The notes under the pieces: generated by a model
Databases searched by the model: none
What the model was told of the DNA's origin: nothing
Seen by the model: the letters and a program-made list of their open reading frames with translations, nothing else
Made by a program: the position numbers and the translations under genes
Shown here: positions 1-13,700 of the stretch, in pieces
Position numbering within the stretch: position 1 is the stretch's first letter
Layout: the number at the start of each line of letters is the position of its first letter
Source of the DNA: Mytilus californianus
Taxonomy: Eukaryota
NCBI RefSeq assembly: GCF_021869535.1
Contig: NW_026262734.1
Coordinates: forward strand, 12,524,001-12,588,000
Direction: 5' to 3'
Length of the DNA: 64,000 bases

Positions 1-419
1 GTGAGTTGTAATATTGGAAAAAGAATTAATACAAGGGAAGTAATAGTAGTGATTATGTTCAACTTGTATTTCTTTATTACATAAAAGGAAATAGTTGTTC
101 ATTGAAGCAAGTGAACATCTACAAGTTATTTTACACATTCTCACAATCAGCAATGGCCATTACTTTCTGAAAATAAGATTAACAGATCCTTATAACTGGG
201 TGAAACTGTTCCATGGAAACAAAAGATGAAAGAACACTCAAGATTTAATTCCAAAATTCAGATTTTTCAGATCTCATCAAGATTTACAAGAGTGCACACG
301 CTGAAATGTCTCGCCTGCTTTACTGACCATGCATTGGTTTTATGCTGATAGTCCTAAATATAAAGCTTTACTTCAAGTATCACATAAACTTAACATGATC
401 CAAGAAAATTAGGACAAGG

Positions 420-715
420 TCAGATAAACCAAACTGGAAATACATGTACACCTTACAATCACCATATATAATTGACCTATTGCTTATAGTTTCTAAGAAA
501 CAAACTTAACCATGAAAACTTAACATTGACCAATGAACCATGAAAATGAGGTCAAGGTCAGATGATACCTGCCAGACAAACATATACACCTTACAATCAT
601 TCCATACACCAAATATAGTTGACCTATTGCTTAAAGTTTAAGAAAAACAGACCAAAACACAAAAACTTAACACTGAGCAATGAACCATGAAACGAGGTCA
701 AGGTCACACATTGTT
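420..715. repeat. Dispersed CCATGAAAATGAGGTCAAGGTCA repeat family (also ~1055-1095 and ~40335-40700)
   Basis: Tandem ~130-bp modules with CCTTACAATCATTCCATA and TTGACCTATTGCTTA shared between the loci. Confidence 0.65.
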
Positions 716-1780
716 GTCAATATATTGGAATTTTATGTGACTGTCATACAAGTGAGAGGTTTAGCTAGCTATAAACCCGGTTTAATCTACCATTTTCTAC
801 TTTAGGAAATGCCTGTACCAAGTCAGGAATATATAGTTGTTTTCCATTCGTTTGTTGTGTTTGAGCTTTTGATTTTGCCATTTGATAAGGGACTTTCCGA
901 TTTGAATTTTCCTTGGAGTTCGGTATTTTTGTTATTTTACTTTTTTCAAATAAAAGCTGCCAGACTGACATGTACATCGTAAAATATTTCAATACATCAA
1001 ATATAGTTAACCTAATTAACATTACAAAAAATCTTAACTTTTTTTTTAAGTAGTCACTGAACCATGAAAATGAGGTCAAGGACAATGGACATATCCCAGA
1101 CGAAATTAATTGTTGACCTTTACTTTTGTACTGCCTACTTGAGTCCTAGTCAAACTTCAAGCAGTTGTTGCCTACTGCATGATGTGTCACGATTTTAATG
1201 TAAAGTCACAGCTAATACATGTATTGAAAGTATACCTTCTTATGTTTCTAGACAATAGTTCTTTCTCAGGACAAGCACATTTAATATGTTTGAGAGTACC
1301 AAGCCCTCCATCTTACCAGACACTGTGGTAAAAAAGATCATGCAATATATACCTGGTATTGGTCTTGTTTTGGGAGCAGATGGGTATTTGTTTTTGGTGT
1401 CCTCTGTTATTTTTAGGAAGTCTTGATCCTTTTTGTGTATTAAGAAAAGTGAAATGACATGAAATATCACTTAAACTGAGGTACAAATAAGACTTAACCA
1501 AAAGTAAGCTGTCACTGTCAGAAAAAAAACCCACTGAATTTCATTCCCTTTATGTATTTATAATATATTATATTATTTACATTTCTTGAGGAACAAATTT
1601 ACGTTGACATCACCTCTATGTGTTCAATAAAACACAAAGTTTCTAAGCTGTATGCAGAATTTATCCAAACCCATGAACACAAGTGCCCAAAAAATACCAT
1701 TTCTCCATAATAAATAAAATTTTACACAAGAATAAATGGATCTACAGTACTAGGTAGTCAGTAATATTTAATGTAATTAA

Positions 1781-4700
1781 TCAATAATGTTTCTTGTCTG
1801 AGAGTCCATTAATGTCCCAGGTACATCTCCATTCTTGAGGTCCTAATAAGACAGGATCTGTCAACCATCCACTGTCATGTAAATCTGCTCTAAACCTGTC
1901 TATAACAGATAGAGTGTAGTGGTATGACTGATGTGCTGTTGACCCACAATCACCTGAAAAATTTGAAAAATTGTGTTTCACAGCCTTGAACAATGCACTT
2001 GAATAGACAGTGAAATGATTGCATATTGTTAATTTCACAGTAAAATGTTTACCACAGACATACAAAATTTAGACACAAACAAAATGTATGGTATATTGTG
2101 GACAAGGCATGCAACTACATGTTTTCATATTATCTTTTACCTAAATGCTAAAGTGTGTACAATCTAACAGTCAGCCTCATATTCTAACAAATAATAAGTA
2201 CAAGATATCAAACTAACTATGTTTATAATGGAGGAATAAAAAAACAAAATATAAGAGGACTTTGTTTCTTTATTGTCCTCTTATATTTTGTTTTCTTATT
2301 TCTTTGTTATTCCATTATAAACATAGTTAGTTTGATATCTTGTACTTATTATCCAACAAGTCAGGAGTAACGAATAACAAAAATAATGCACATGAACAGA
2401 AAACACTAAAACTTAAATTTGTGTATTAGGAATTCCCATTAAAACCCAGAATGAAATCAAGAGTTCTGGAAGGTTAGACTCATCCTTGTTTTCATGCTAC
2501 TTTCACAGAGGTATATTTGCCGACAATTTGTAATCAAGATAGTGTGCATGATTAGATTAATCTGACTGATAGTTAATTAAAATTGAGAATGGAAACGAGG
2601 AATGTGTCAAAGAGACAACAACCCAACCAAAGAGCAGAAAACAGCCCAAGGCCACCAATGGGTCTTCAACACCGCGAGAATATCTCGAACCCGGAGGCGA
2701 GCTTCAGCTGGTCCCTAAATAAAAATGTGTACTACTTCAGCTAGTTGTCTCTTCTGGTCACATAGGTACAACAAGTAAAACATTAATGTATTGTGTATCA
2801 TATAGAAGTTGTGTAATTGAATTAATTGTAGTAGTAATCAACTCCTTTACTTCAAATCAACAACTTTTACACTGAAGGTTGTAGTTCTACTTATTTCCTT
2901 CATTTCATGTTTTATAAAAGCTGAGAACATTTACATTATAAACTTACCATTTCTTAAAGCTTCTGCAATCGAATCAATATTTTTCTGTGGAGTTTGCTGA
3001 AAATATTACAAATAACATAAAAATAATCTGACTCTTGTATAAATATTTCCAGCTGTAAAATACTTTGGGAATTATCAAACTCAAAAAGATTCTACTGTGT
3101 ATAAACAGAATACCATAAAAGTCATCCATTTTGATTCTCAGCAATTTGTAAAGTTTTTCTAAAGGAAATACAGAAAAGTGAACATTTTATTCTGATAAAA
3201 AGAAGTATAATATTTCCATCAAATAGCATCCTTCAGTCTGAACATTTGCACACATATAACATATACTTAAATTAAAATGTACATTACAAAAAGGAAAGAC
3301 AGCATTGTCAAAACACGACAAATGACATTGAAAAAAAATACTATTTATATTTTTACGCAAAATGTGATGCTATCCAAAATTTCTGGGGAAAACACTGCTT
3401 CAGATGTGCACAAGACTTTCTTTAGTCTGTCAGATATCAGTATTTATATTTTTGAACTTTGCCTTACATAATTGCTTCCAACTATACTTGCTTAGAATGC
3501 AAATCTACAAAAAACTGCCAAAATATTATTTTGAAAGCCAGTTATTTATATTTGTATTTGCTTTACCGAAAACAATATTTTGATAGAAATCAATATGCAA
3601 AGAAGTTGATGTTGAAAAAATATCTTTCTGGGTAAGGCCTTTGCTCAGATTCATTTTGCCAAAAACTACATGTTACATGGCAATTGTTGGTCAAAATGTC
3701 AATTGCAGCATGTTTATGACATCACATTGATATCAAAACTTACATTTCTGTTCAAAAGTGGCCAAATTATATTATCTTATTCATTTATAGATAAAACTAG
3801 CACAGTTCGGAAAGGATAGAATTTTACTATTTTTTGCAATTTCAAGGGCAAAATTGTGACTCATCATAAACCACCAACATTGATATCTTAATTATGCTTG
3901 CAGAAAGCTAATAAAACAAGAATTCTAAATGGTTAATTTGAAGCCATCACTTCAAAGTTTTACAGTCACCATCATGATTAAACCATTACTGAATATCTGT
4001 ATCATAAAAAACAACAGATATGACCTATCTGTCATCGTCTCAATAATTTTTTTCCATTCCTGGTTTAAAGAATTTTAACCTGATTTTTATATTAAAGAAA
4101 TGTTTGAAATTCTTTTTACAGAGAATTTATTTCAAAGACAATATTAGAACTCAAACTTACGTTAGGTAAATATAACATTTCATAAATATAATTTATAATT
4201 TCTGCCTGTAAACAGCTTTGCATCTGATTTTCTATCGTACTTGATTGAGAAAGTACTATGTTGATACAACCTACAATAAACATCATGCAATAAATGTACT
4301 GAGAACAGTGCAAACAAAATTAGGATACAATGCCTTTATTCATGGGGTCCAAAACTATACATAACACAAAGGACTTTGAAATGATCACCTTCTAATGCAG
4401 AAACTATAGATTCACATGACCTGTGGTGCTTGCATAGCAGGAGATGCTAACCCTGTCAACACCTGGCCTTGATCCTTTAAACATTTAAAGTTACAGGCTA
4501 CTAAAATAAAGCAATCGTCAAGGTACAACCACTTAATATAGTCATGACTTTGTTCTTGTGTGATCATGACGTATATCATTATTCAACAACAAAATCAAAA
4601 CAGTCAAAATATAGAGCCACCATTCTCTTCTTATAGCTTTTATTGTTGTGGGTTTGTATTTGGTAGTTTACCTTTTATATTTGGATGTTGTACACTTTTG

Positions 4701-7700
4701 ACCATTTCTTAATTTCTATACGACCCCAAAAAATTTTGCTGTCGTATAATGGTATGACATTGTTGTCGTCCAAAGACATTTGGTTCCCAGACAATAACTT
4801 GAGCATTAGTGTAAAGATCTCTATAAAATTGTAACACAAGGTTCAATACCACAAAAGGAAGGTTGGGATTGATTTTGGGGGTTATTGTCCTAACTGTTTG
4901 GGAATTAGGGGCCAAAAACAAGCATTTTTCTTGTTTCAGGACAATAACTTGTGTATAAATGTATGGATCTCTATGAAATTGTACCACAAGGTTCCATATC
5001 TCAAAATGAAGGTTCGGTTTGATTTAGGGGGTTATGGCCCAAACTGTTTAGGAATTTGGGGCCAAAAAATACTCAATTTATTGTTTGGAAACCAGAAAAT
5101 CCTGTTTTTTGGCCCCTAATTCCTAAAGGATTTGGGCCCAAAAAGGGGCCAAAAACATAGAATTTTCTGGTTTCCAGACACTAAATTGAGTATAAGTCTA
5201 TGAATCTCTATGAAATAGTACCACAAGGTTCCATACAAAAAAAAAAGGTTGCAATTGATTTTGGGGGTGATGGCCCTAACGGTTTAAGAAAAATGGTCCA
5301 AAACTAATATTTTTCTAATACTTTGTATAAATTGCTTATTTCTTTACCAATTTCAATGGGGTTTAATTCAAAGTCTTGGGGTTCTTTAATATGCTGAATC
5401 TAACCATGTATTTAAATTTTGGACCCTGTTTTTAAATTGGTCATCACTGAGGTCGAAAGGGTCTAAAATCAAACTTTGTTTGGTTTTAATAAAAAATTGA
5501 ATTATTGGGGTTCTTTGATATGCCAAATCTACCCATGTATTTAGATTTTTAATTTTGGGGCCTGTTTTCAAATTGTCCACATTATAGTCCAAAGGGTCCA
5601 AAATTAAACTTTGTTTGATTTCAACAAAAATTTAATAGTTGGGGTTCTTTGATATGCTAACTGTGTATTTAAATTTTTGAATTTGGGTCCAGTTTTCAAA
5701 TTGGTCCACATTAAGGTCCAAAGGGTCCAAAATTTAAATAAGTTTGATTTTAACAAAAATTGAATTCACGGGTTTTATAGTATTACTAAATAGTAACTAG
5801 ATTCATGGTTAAAAATAGATACAGCATCAAATTCTAATTTTAGAGAAGAAATTATATATAAATACAGTTGAAATTTACTGTTCATCATCAGATATTTTGA
5901 AAAATAATTCAACGTAAGATTAATAGATGATTGTTTTTATGATGAATGATATTTTGGAAATTGTTTTCATTTTTTGTAAAATTTTCTAAAAATTATGTAA
6001 AAAAGTCCAATTTCAATTTTTTCAGTTCTTTAACCACATTCACTCTGTATCAGAAACCTTTGCTGTGTCAAATATTTAATCACAATACAAATTTAGAGCT
6101 GTATCAAGCTTGAATGTAGTGTCAATACCAACTGTTCAGGGTTTCGACCTCTCCTGTTGTATCGAGCTTAGCCCCATGGAGCATTTTATTGTATTTTGTT
6201 TTTGTAACTACTTTGCAACATTTATTTTGTAAACATACAGATTACTTACTATTCTTTAGATCTAACATAAGTAAGTACTGACTGTCTCTGTATATATGTA
6301 ACATACTTTGTAGATCTTTGGAACTGTAAGAAAACAAAATATAGATTATTTAAATTCAGAGACATTACCAATCGTAGTTTACTTCGTAAATTGCTGATTG
6401 TATTTTGAACAGTAAATGTGGTAAATAAACTTTTATTTATTTGAAAAGTATACAATAATGGAAATATTTCTTCAACATATAACAAAATTAAAATATTGGA
6501 ATTTTACATCAATAATTTATTTATGCTAACAATACTGAGTGAGTACAGGTTACCATCAGAATTTCAGTTTCTCTCAAATAATTTTAAACAGGAACTCTTT
6601 GGGGCAATATTCTTTTAACATAATTTTCTAAAATCAAGGATGTCATCAAGTAATGATGTCATGTACCCACACATGTATCTTCCCACAGAGCGTATAATTT
6701 ATAGACAATTCTGCATTTTCCCATCTAAATCGGATCAAACAAAATAGACTTTTAACAAATGAAGTTAAAATATTTGTTGGAAAAAATCAGCAGTCTGCTG
6801 GGTTTACAAAATGCTTCCTTTATTGAACAAAACAGCAGGTGATGTTACTGGTAACTAACAGTAACTGGTCCTCGACCAGTAGAAACTAAAAGCCATAGTT
6901 CTCTATTTTCTTTCAAGCCAGTAAAGCAGTATAAAGCTACATATAATTCGATATAAAAACTGACATACCTCTTACAAACAGAACTAACTGATGAACCTAA
7001 ATATATCTGTAATTTGCGTCTCGTTTCTAAAAAAGAAATTGTGAGGAACTTAAACTCTTAAACTAATATATAGACATTTTAAATAGAGGTTTTTTTGTTT
7101 TTGTTTTATCTTTTATGACAGACTGAATTTTTAATTGCATTTATTCTCTTAACTATTCTCAAATAAAAAAAAAAACATTTGTTTGGAACCAGCTGACAGA
7201 CAGACAGATGAACAAGGTCATGACTACATGCTCCTGAAATTTTAAAGTAAAATAAATGTGATGATATCAAGGGAATCACATCAAACATACTTATTCACAG
7301 CTTTTTAAACTCTGGACAACTTAGAACTGGACATTTTGTGTAGACATCTGTCTATTGTTGCCTTGTGCACATTATTAGTATATTCGGGTTGCTGTCTCAT
7401 ATGTGTATACCCAACATCTACTTTTATTCATAAGTTTGTCAAGTACTTTTTTTCCAAACCTACTCCATATAACTGGTTCTTTACAATTCACTGCCTTTGG
7501 TTGAGATATTATTCCTGTCTTCATGTAATCTTTTATGATGATATTCAGTCGCGCTTGATTAAGAGTTTCCATGACAACACAGGTAACAGCACGATAATTT
7601 GCAAACAGATGTAAACAAGTAAATATCACAAATAAACTCCAAATTATCCTGAAAATATACACAAGATTCAATTATGTTGAAACATGTGACATCAAAATTG

Positions 7701-10700
7701 CAAGGTTTTTTACATTTAATGTTTCATGGGTAAGTCCTCAAGCACCTGTCAATTTTAGACAAAGATTATTGATCTATGCCTTTGGCATCCATTGAATTTT
7801 AACTTGAAAAAGAAAAATATCATTGTGAGGAATAAGAATCTGCTAAATCATGTTATAGGTCTGATCAAATGTGTACCATGTATGTTTAACAATAATATTT
7901 TGAACTCAAACAAATCAAAATATTTGTTATTCCAAGTATAACATTAAAAGCTTTAATGGTAAGCAAACTGTGATCTGAAATTGTCAGATCTTTTTTATAT
8001 ATTACCTGTGCTCTAGATTGAATCTCTGAACAGAAAAGTTTTAACTAACAGAAAGGAAACTCATGCAGTAATTTAAATTTCTAATAGTAAATGCATTACA
8101 ATTAGATGGATGGATAAATGTCTATTTAAGGTCCAGTGGCAAATTAAATGCATATTCAGGACAAGAACATGATAATGTGATATGAACATAAATTCTGCTT
8201 TGTACCAGGCTGACACGCTGAGCTGGACATTCAACGTGCTAGTTCACAAGATAACAAGACATAGGAAGACATGTCACCCTACCCTACCCAGACACATTAT
8301 TCTGACTCCAAGTCAACCAGTCTTTGCTCTTATCCCTAAAGGTAAGCGGTGAGGCAGCAAATACCAATTTTCAAGTCTTTCGTTTGACCCGGAAAGGGTT
8401 GGAACCTATGACCTCCTGCACTACCACAAGAGCACAGAGGCAGCTCAATACAATTAGAAGATAAAAGTCTATTATTAAGATGTTAAGCAAAATCAACCAA
8501 ACCAACCAATCAATCAATCAGTAAATCAATCTGGTCATCAAAACATAACCTTTTTACAATGATGATACTTACATAGGTTTACCGGTCACAATGGGGATCA
8601 ATAAAAAGTTAATGATTAATCCTGCCAAGTTCACCAAAGTTTCCTGTAAGAACAAAAGTTCACTTTAATATCATGTTGACATCTCTGTACAAGAAATACT
8701 ATTAAACAACAATATTAATACTGGAAAATCATATTCTATATCCATTTCACAAAATCTTCTATTAAACTGGCTTTATACATTTAGTCTTAACACAGTATGG
8801 GTGCCTGTTATCCTCAAATACCTTACTTCCATGCAAACTGTTGGTTGTTTTCAGTTTTACGGTCATGCAGGTAGAAACAGCTTCAACCAATGTAAGAAGT
8901 TTTGTTATTTGTGGAATATTGACTGCATGTATTGAGTCGAAAATTGGTGATAAAAGGCAGGAATGATTTGTGCAAAAGGAAATGTATTAGTTTTTTTTTC
9001 TTTTGTACCTATGGCTGATGCCTACAAAAGTAAGAAATAATGTCAGTGAATGTCTCTTTGCTTAAGTCTATTTTAAATTTGGTGAAGATGTTAGATCTTT
9101 GGTTATAAAGTAACCTCTAAATGTCAATTTTTACGAACTCCTGCTTACTGACATTTTCTCAATGTCTGTTCTTTTTTTCAGAACTATTATAAACTGAAAA
9201 AAATTGATACACTGTAAATGTTATACTTTTGTATTTCATAAGGAGGAGTCAACAAAAAATTATGATTACCACAGGAGAAAGCAGAAAAACTACCAATGTT
9301 TAATGAGCAAAATGGTGAACATGAACAGGATTAAAAGAAATAACCAAGGACCTAATAATAGTTACCTGACTTCCATCTTTAGCAGAGACATCAGCCATGT
9401 TGTTTCTTCTTGCTTGATGTTGTGTCAAGGCTGCTCTAGTGGCTCCACCTGCAACACCTACTATTGACTAGAAAAATGCAAATTGTTTTAAGATAATTTC
9501 ATTTACCTTGCACAAATAAAACATGCATGAGAGAGGGTAGAGCACTCACAGACATATTGAACTTGCCAAATTTTTTAGGTGCCAATGCCAAGACAGTAGT
9601 CTGTAGTCCAGTGGTTATTGTCGGTTGCTTGGTGTCATAAATATTTTTTTCATCTTTTGTTGTAGTACTAATTAGGAAGTTGATTTACTCTTTTGGATTT
9701 CTTTTAAAGCTTACTCTACGGTACATGGGTTTGCTCGTTGTGGAAGGCCATAGGATAACCCATTATGTTTCGCGTCTTTGTCCTTTGGTCTGTTATGGAT
9801 AGTTGTCTCATTAACTATCATATCACATCTTATTTTCAAATTAAACAAAAAAACATGTACCCTGTACCAATACTGCTTGTAACAGAACTGAACAACAAAG
9901 AACAATTAAATGCATATCTTAATATAGTGTACACTTATATTTCTTGCAATGTAATAATGCAAATACAGGTTCACAAAAGAATATGTGTCCTTATCGCACT
10001 GCAGGTAAAATATGACGTCGTGATTGGTTTAATGCCGTCACATGGTGACCCCTATGGATCCTTAGGGTGTTAGTAAATTTCATAGGGTGTTCATGACGTT
10101 ACGTCTACTGTTAATGGTGACTTCCTCTATTGGTGTTGTTGTATTTCATTGTTTATTGTTCTACAAAACGCAGCAGAAAAAGTACTGCATGCGATAAATT
10201 CATTATATGGTTCACTACTGACCCTCTATGGATCCATAGGGGGTCAGTAGCTAATCATATAACTTATATTATCGCACCGCGGGTAAATTATAGGGTTAGT
10301 AAGTTTCATAGGGGGTTCATGACGTCACATCTACTATTAATGGTGACGTCATCTATTGATTTTGTTGTTTTTCATTGTTTCTTTTTCTACAAAACGCTGC
10401 ATGAAAAGTCCTGTGTGCGATAAATTCGTTATAGGGTTCACTACGGACCCCTTACGGACCATAGAGGGTGAGTAAAATACATAGATTCGGCCTTCGGCCT
10501 CATCCCCTATGGATTTTAATAACCCTCTTTGGATCCGTAGGGGGTCAGTAGCGAACCATATAACTTATAATAGCATGTCATGCCCAGCGCACACTGTCAA
10601 ATTTACATGTTCAGTGAACCACTTAATCTGTGTCAAAATCCTTATTTGGCATATATTTTATATATCATAATGAACAAGCATGTGACTACAACTTTATGGT

Positions 10701-13700
10701 ATACTACTTTATCCAAAACTTAAGGCTGTTATGAGACAGAAGGTCCAATGTACAAATAAACAGATACACAGACAGGAAAACATAATGACGACCTACTATA
10801 ATCGGAAAATCATAGTGCTTGTGAGCTCTGAAGGGTAAAGATTGCTTTAAATTTGTAATTTTGTGAATTTAAAATAAAAGATTGGATTGTATTTAGCTAG
10901 GCAAATTGATTTGGAGTCAACTTCCTTTGTTTGTAATTGTACATTTGTAGTTGAACCTATTTTTATCACAGATTCATATGTGTAAATCTTAATAAAGAAA
11001 ATGTTTCTTGAACCAGTATGGTAATTCTTTATAATATACACATCATATTGTAACTTGAATATCCAAGTATAAAGTATCATTAAAAAATTGTTTGACATAA
11101 TGGCTGGATAGGATCTAAAGAATGATCACTTCACTGCACTATTTTGTTTGAACTATCAAAGGAAGATTTAGATATCAAGTCAGTTCCATAGGATTTTGAT
11201 TGCATTGCATGCAATCTATCCTGTTTCTATTATGAGCAAACGATCAAGTTCAAATTACTGTTTATGTTACAGTTAATTTTGGGGTTCTCTTTGTCATTCA
11301 GGTCCATGCAATGTCTATTTCCATGAAAATAAGAAAGTGATTGATAGAACTTTAATATTAAGTTTCTTCCTGGCTTTTTGGTGGGGTTTGTGTTACTCAG
11401 TCTTTAGTTTTCTATGTAGTAGTTTTATGAACTGTTGTTTGTCATTTTTCTTTGCCCATGGTGTTGACCGTTTTCATAGACTTACAGTTTTTGAATGCGC
11501 CTTTTTTGCAGAAAAAAAAAAAATACAAGTGCATACATATTTCGGACAACTTGACGTCTGGTATTTCAAAGTTCCTTGCAAAGGGGGACAAAAATATTGA
11601 GAAATAAAAAGGGTTGCTGGGAATTTTTTTTAATGCATAAAGTGAGGGGGGCTACAAATTATTAAGGAAAACTTGAAAACACCAGAAGCTACTGTGGATT
11701 CATTTATTTTCATTGGTATCAATTTTCGTTGGTTGACGAAATCTTGCATTTTCGTGGATATTTAATTTTGTTGTTTTGCTTAAAGTCTGCATTCAACACA
11801 GTAGAAAACTTGTAATTCATTGAACATTTGAATTTCGTGGTTCACCTGAACCCACGAAATCAACGAAAATTGGTATCCCACGAACAATACTGAATCCACA
11901 GTAACTTACTTTAATAAATATTTTTACAAGCACAGTAATTCCGAGTTTTTCAACACCACTATACTTTTGTGCCTGTTGATCTTGTGAGGATGGAAAAAAA
12001 ATAAAGAAAAATTTCATTTCCTTCAATAGCATATATTAAAGCTAGAAATTAGTGTATATAGATGTGAATGTTATCTACTGCATAAGCCATTGATTAAAGC
12101 TTTCATTCAAACTAAGAATACATCTAAGGTTGTATAGACCTTACCTTGCAAACACCTGCTGTGCAAACAATAGGTGTAAATAGCCATGGAAAACTTGGTG
12201 CTAAAATTTCCATAAATATCGCCAGATCATTGAGGATATCAGCAAACAACCTAAAGCATAATGGTTCAATCAATATACTGTACTATGACACACATTGTTT
12301 ATGTTTGGTAGGACTAATATTTTGCTTTAATAAGCCTTATGTTAAGGACTTTTTATAAATGACTTTTCATGCATTAATTCAGTCAACTTTATTTCAATTT
12401 GGTTCAATGCTGTCAAGGGGTAAATACACTAGTGCTCTTTAGAGCCTGTATCAATCAACTGGAACTATACATAAAATTAACAATTGGGGCTCCCCAAAAT
12501 TGATCAAATTGCACAATCAGAATCAAGAAATCCTTGTTGGACCATATGTTGTTTGTCCAGGGGGAATAACAAGAGGAATTTTAATGAAGGACCATCTTTA
12601 ATTTATAAAAGGTCTCCAAAACATTACTCCTATGCAGTTTTTAAAAAAAAATTCCTATCAGGACAAAGAAATGACTCAAGCAGCTAAATTTTTGTTGTAT
12701 AAGAACACATTGAGAAATTCTTTAAAATGGACCTTCCATAAATCATTCATTCCAAGTTTGGTTTAAATAAAACAACATACTAGGGAAGTTTCAGAAGAGA
12801 AGAAATATGGGATTTCAATGCCAGCCTATGTGGCATTGTTACTGTCTTATATGCCAATTTATTTAGTACTAAATGCCAATTTTTTTTAGAGGGTCCAACA
12901 TCATTTTACCTATGAAGTTAATAACCATGTAATGTAAGTGTGAGCAGAGAAGAAATTTAGAATTAACCAATTAGAATCAATAGTTGCATTTGGTTGTTAT
13001 GTTTTTCATTTGTTCTGAATGTATGAAATTTTCTTATAAAAAAAATCCTCATCAGGCCTGTAGCCAGGAATTTTCATAAAGTTGAATGGGAATCCATGTC
13101 ATTTTGTCCATGTTAACCAACCAATCAGCTCAAAATAGGGATCTTCATAAAGGACCTCCCTTTAAAGTCATCAGTCCTAAATGATTTCAGAGGAGAAGAA
13201 ATTGTGGAATGGTAAACTAAAATTAATAATTGTTATTGGCTTCCAGATTTTTTCCTCATGAAAACAAAATTTGAATTTTTATAAGGAATCTTTCATATCC
13301 TTTTCCTCCCATATTTGGTTCAAAGAAGTCTTGTAGTTTCAGTTGAGATGGTAAAAATGTGTGAGATATGAACGCAGACAGTAAATAAAACTTTAAATAA
13401 AAGAAGAATGTGTCTGAGGACACGAATGCCCCTGCTCAAGCTTTGCAATTTTCCAAGTTAAAAAGGGACATAACTTTAGAACGGTAAATGACTCACAACC
13501 CAAATTGGAACACTGTCTGAGTGTTGTGGTTCTTAGCATTGTGTCCGAGATTCATAAAATTTTGATGATACAAACTTGTTAGAGTGCAGAAATGAAAATA
13601 TTTGCAATTTTCCAAGTTATAAAGGGACATAACTCTAGAACCGTGACTCATTGTCCAAAGTCGATCCCTGTCTGAGTTTTGGTTCTTAGCATTGTGTACG

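Noticed and set aside
186-330. Short exon-like frames after AG at 185 and 270 (DPYNWVKLFHGNKR*, DLIKIYKSAHAEMSRLLY*)
   Set aside because: Too short, no recognisable homology and no upstream context in this window.
765-1085. 106-aa minus-strand ORF and other isolated 60-115-aa ORFs (e.g. 9765, 10130, 53473)
   Set aside because: They overlap dispersed repeats, are F/I/L/K-biased as expected from AT-rich DNA, and have no splice-consistent partners.
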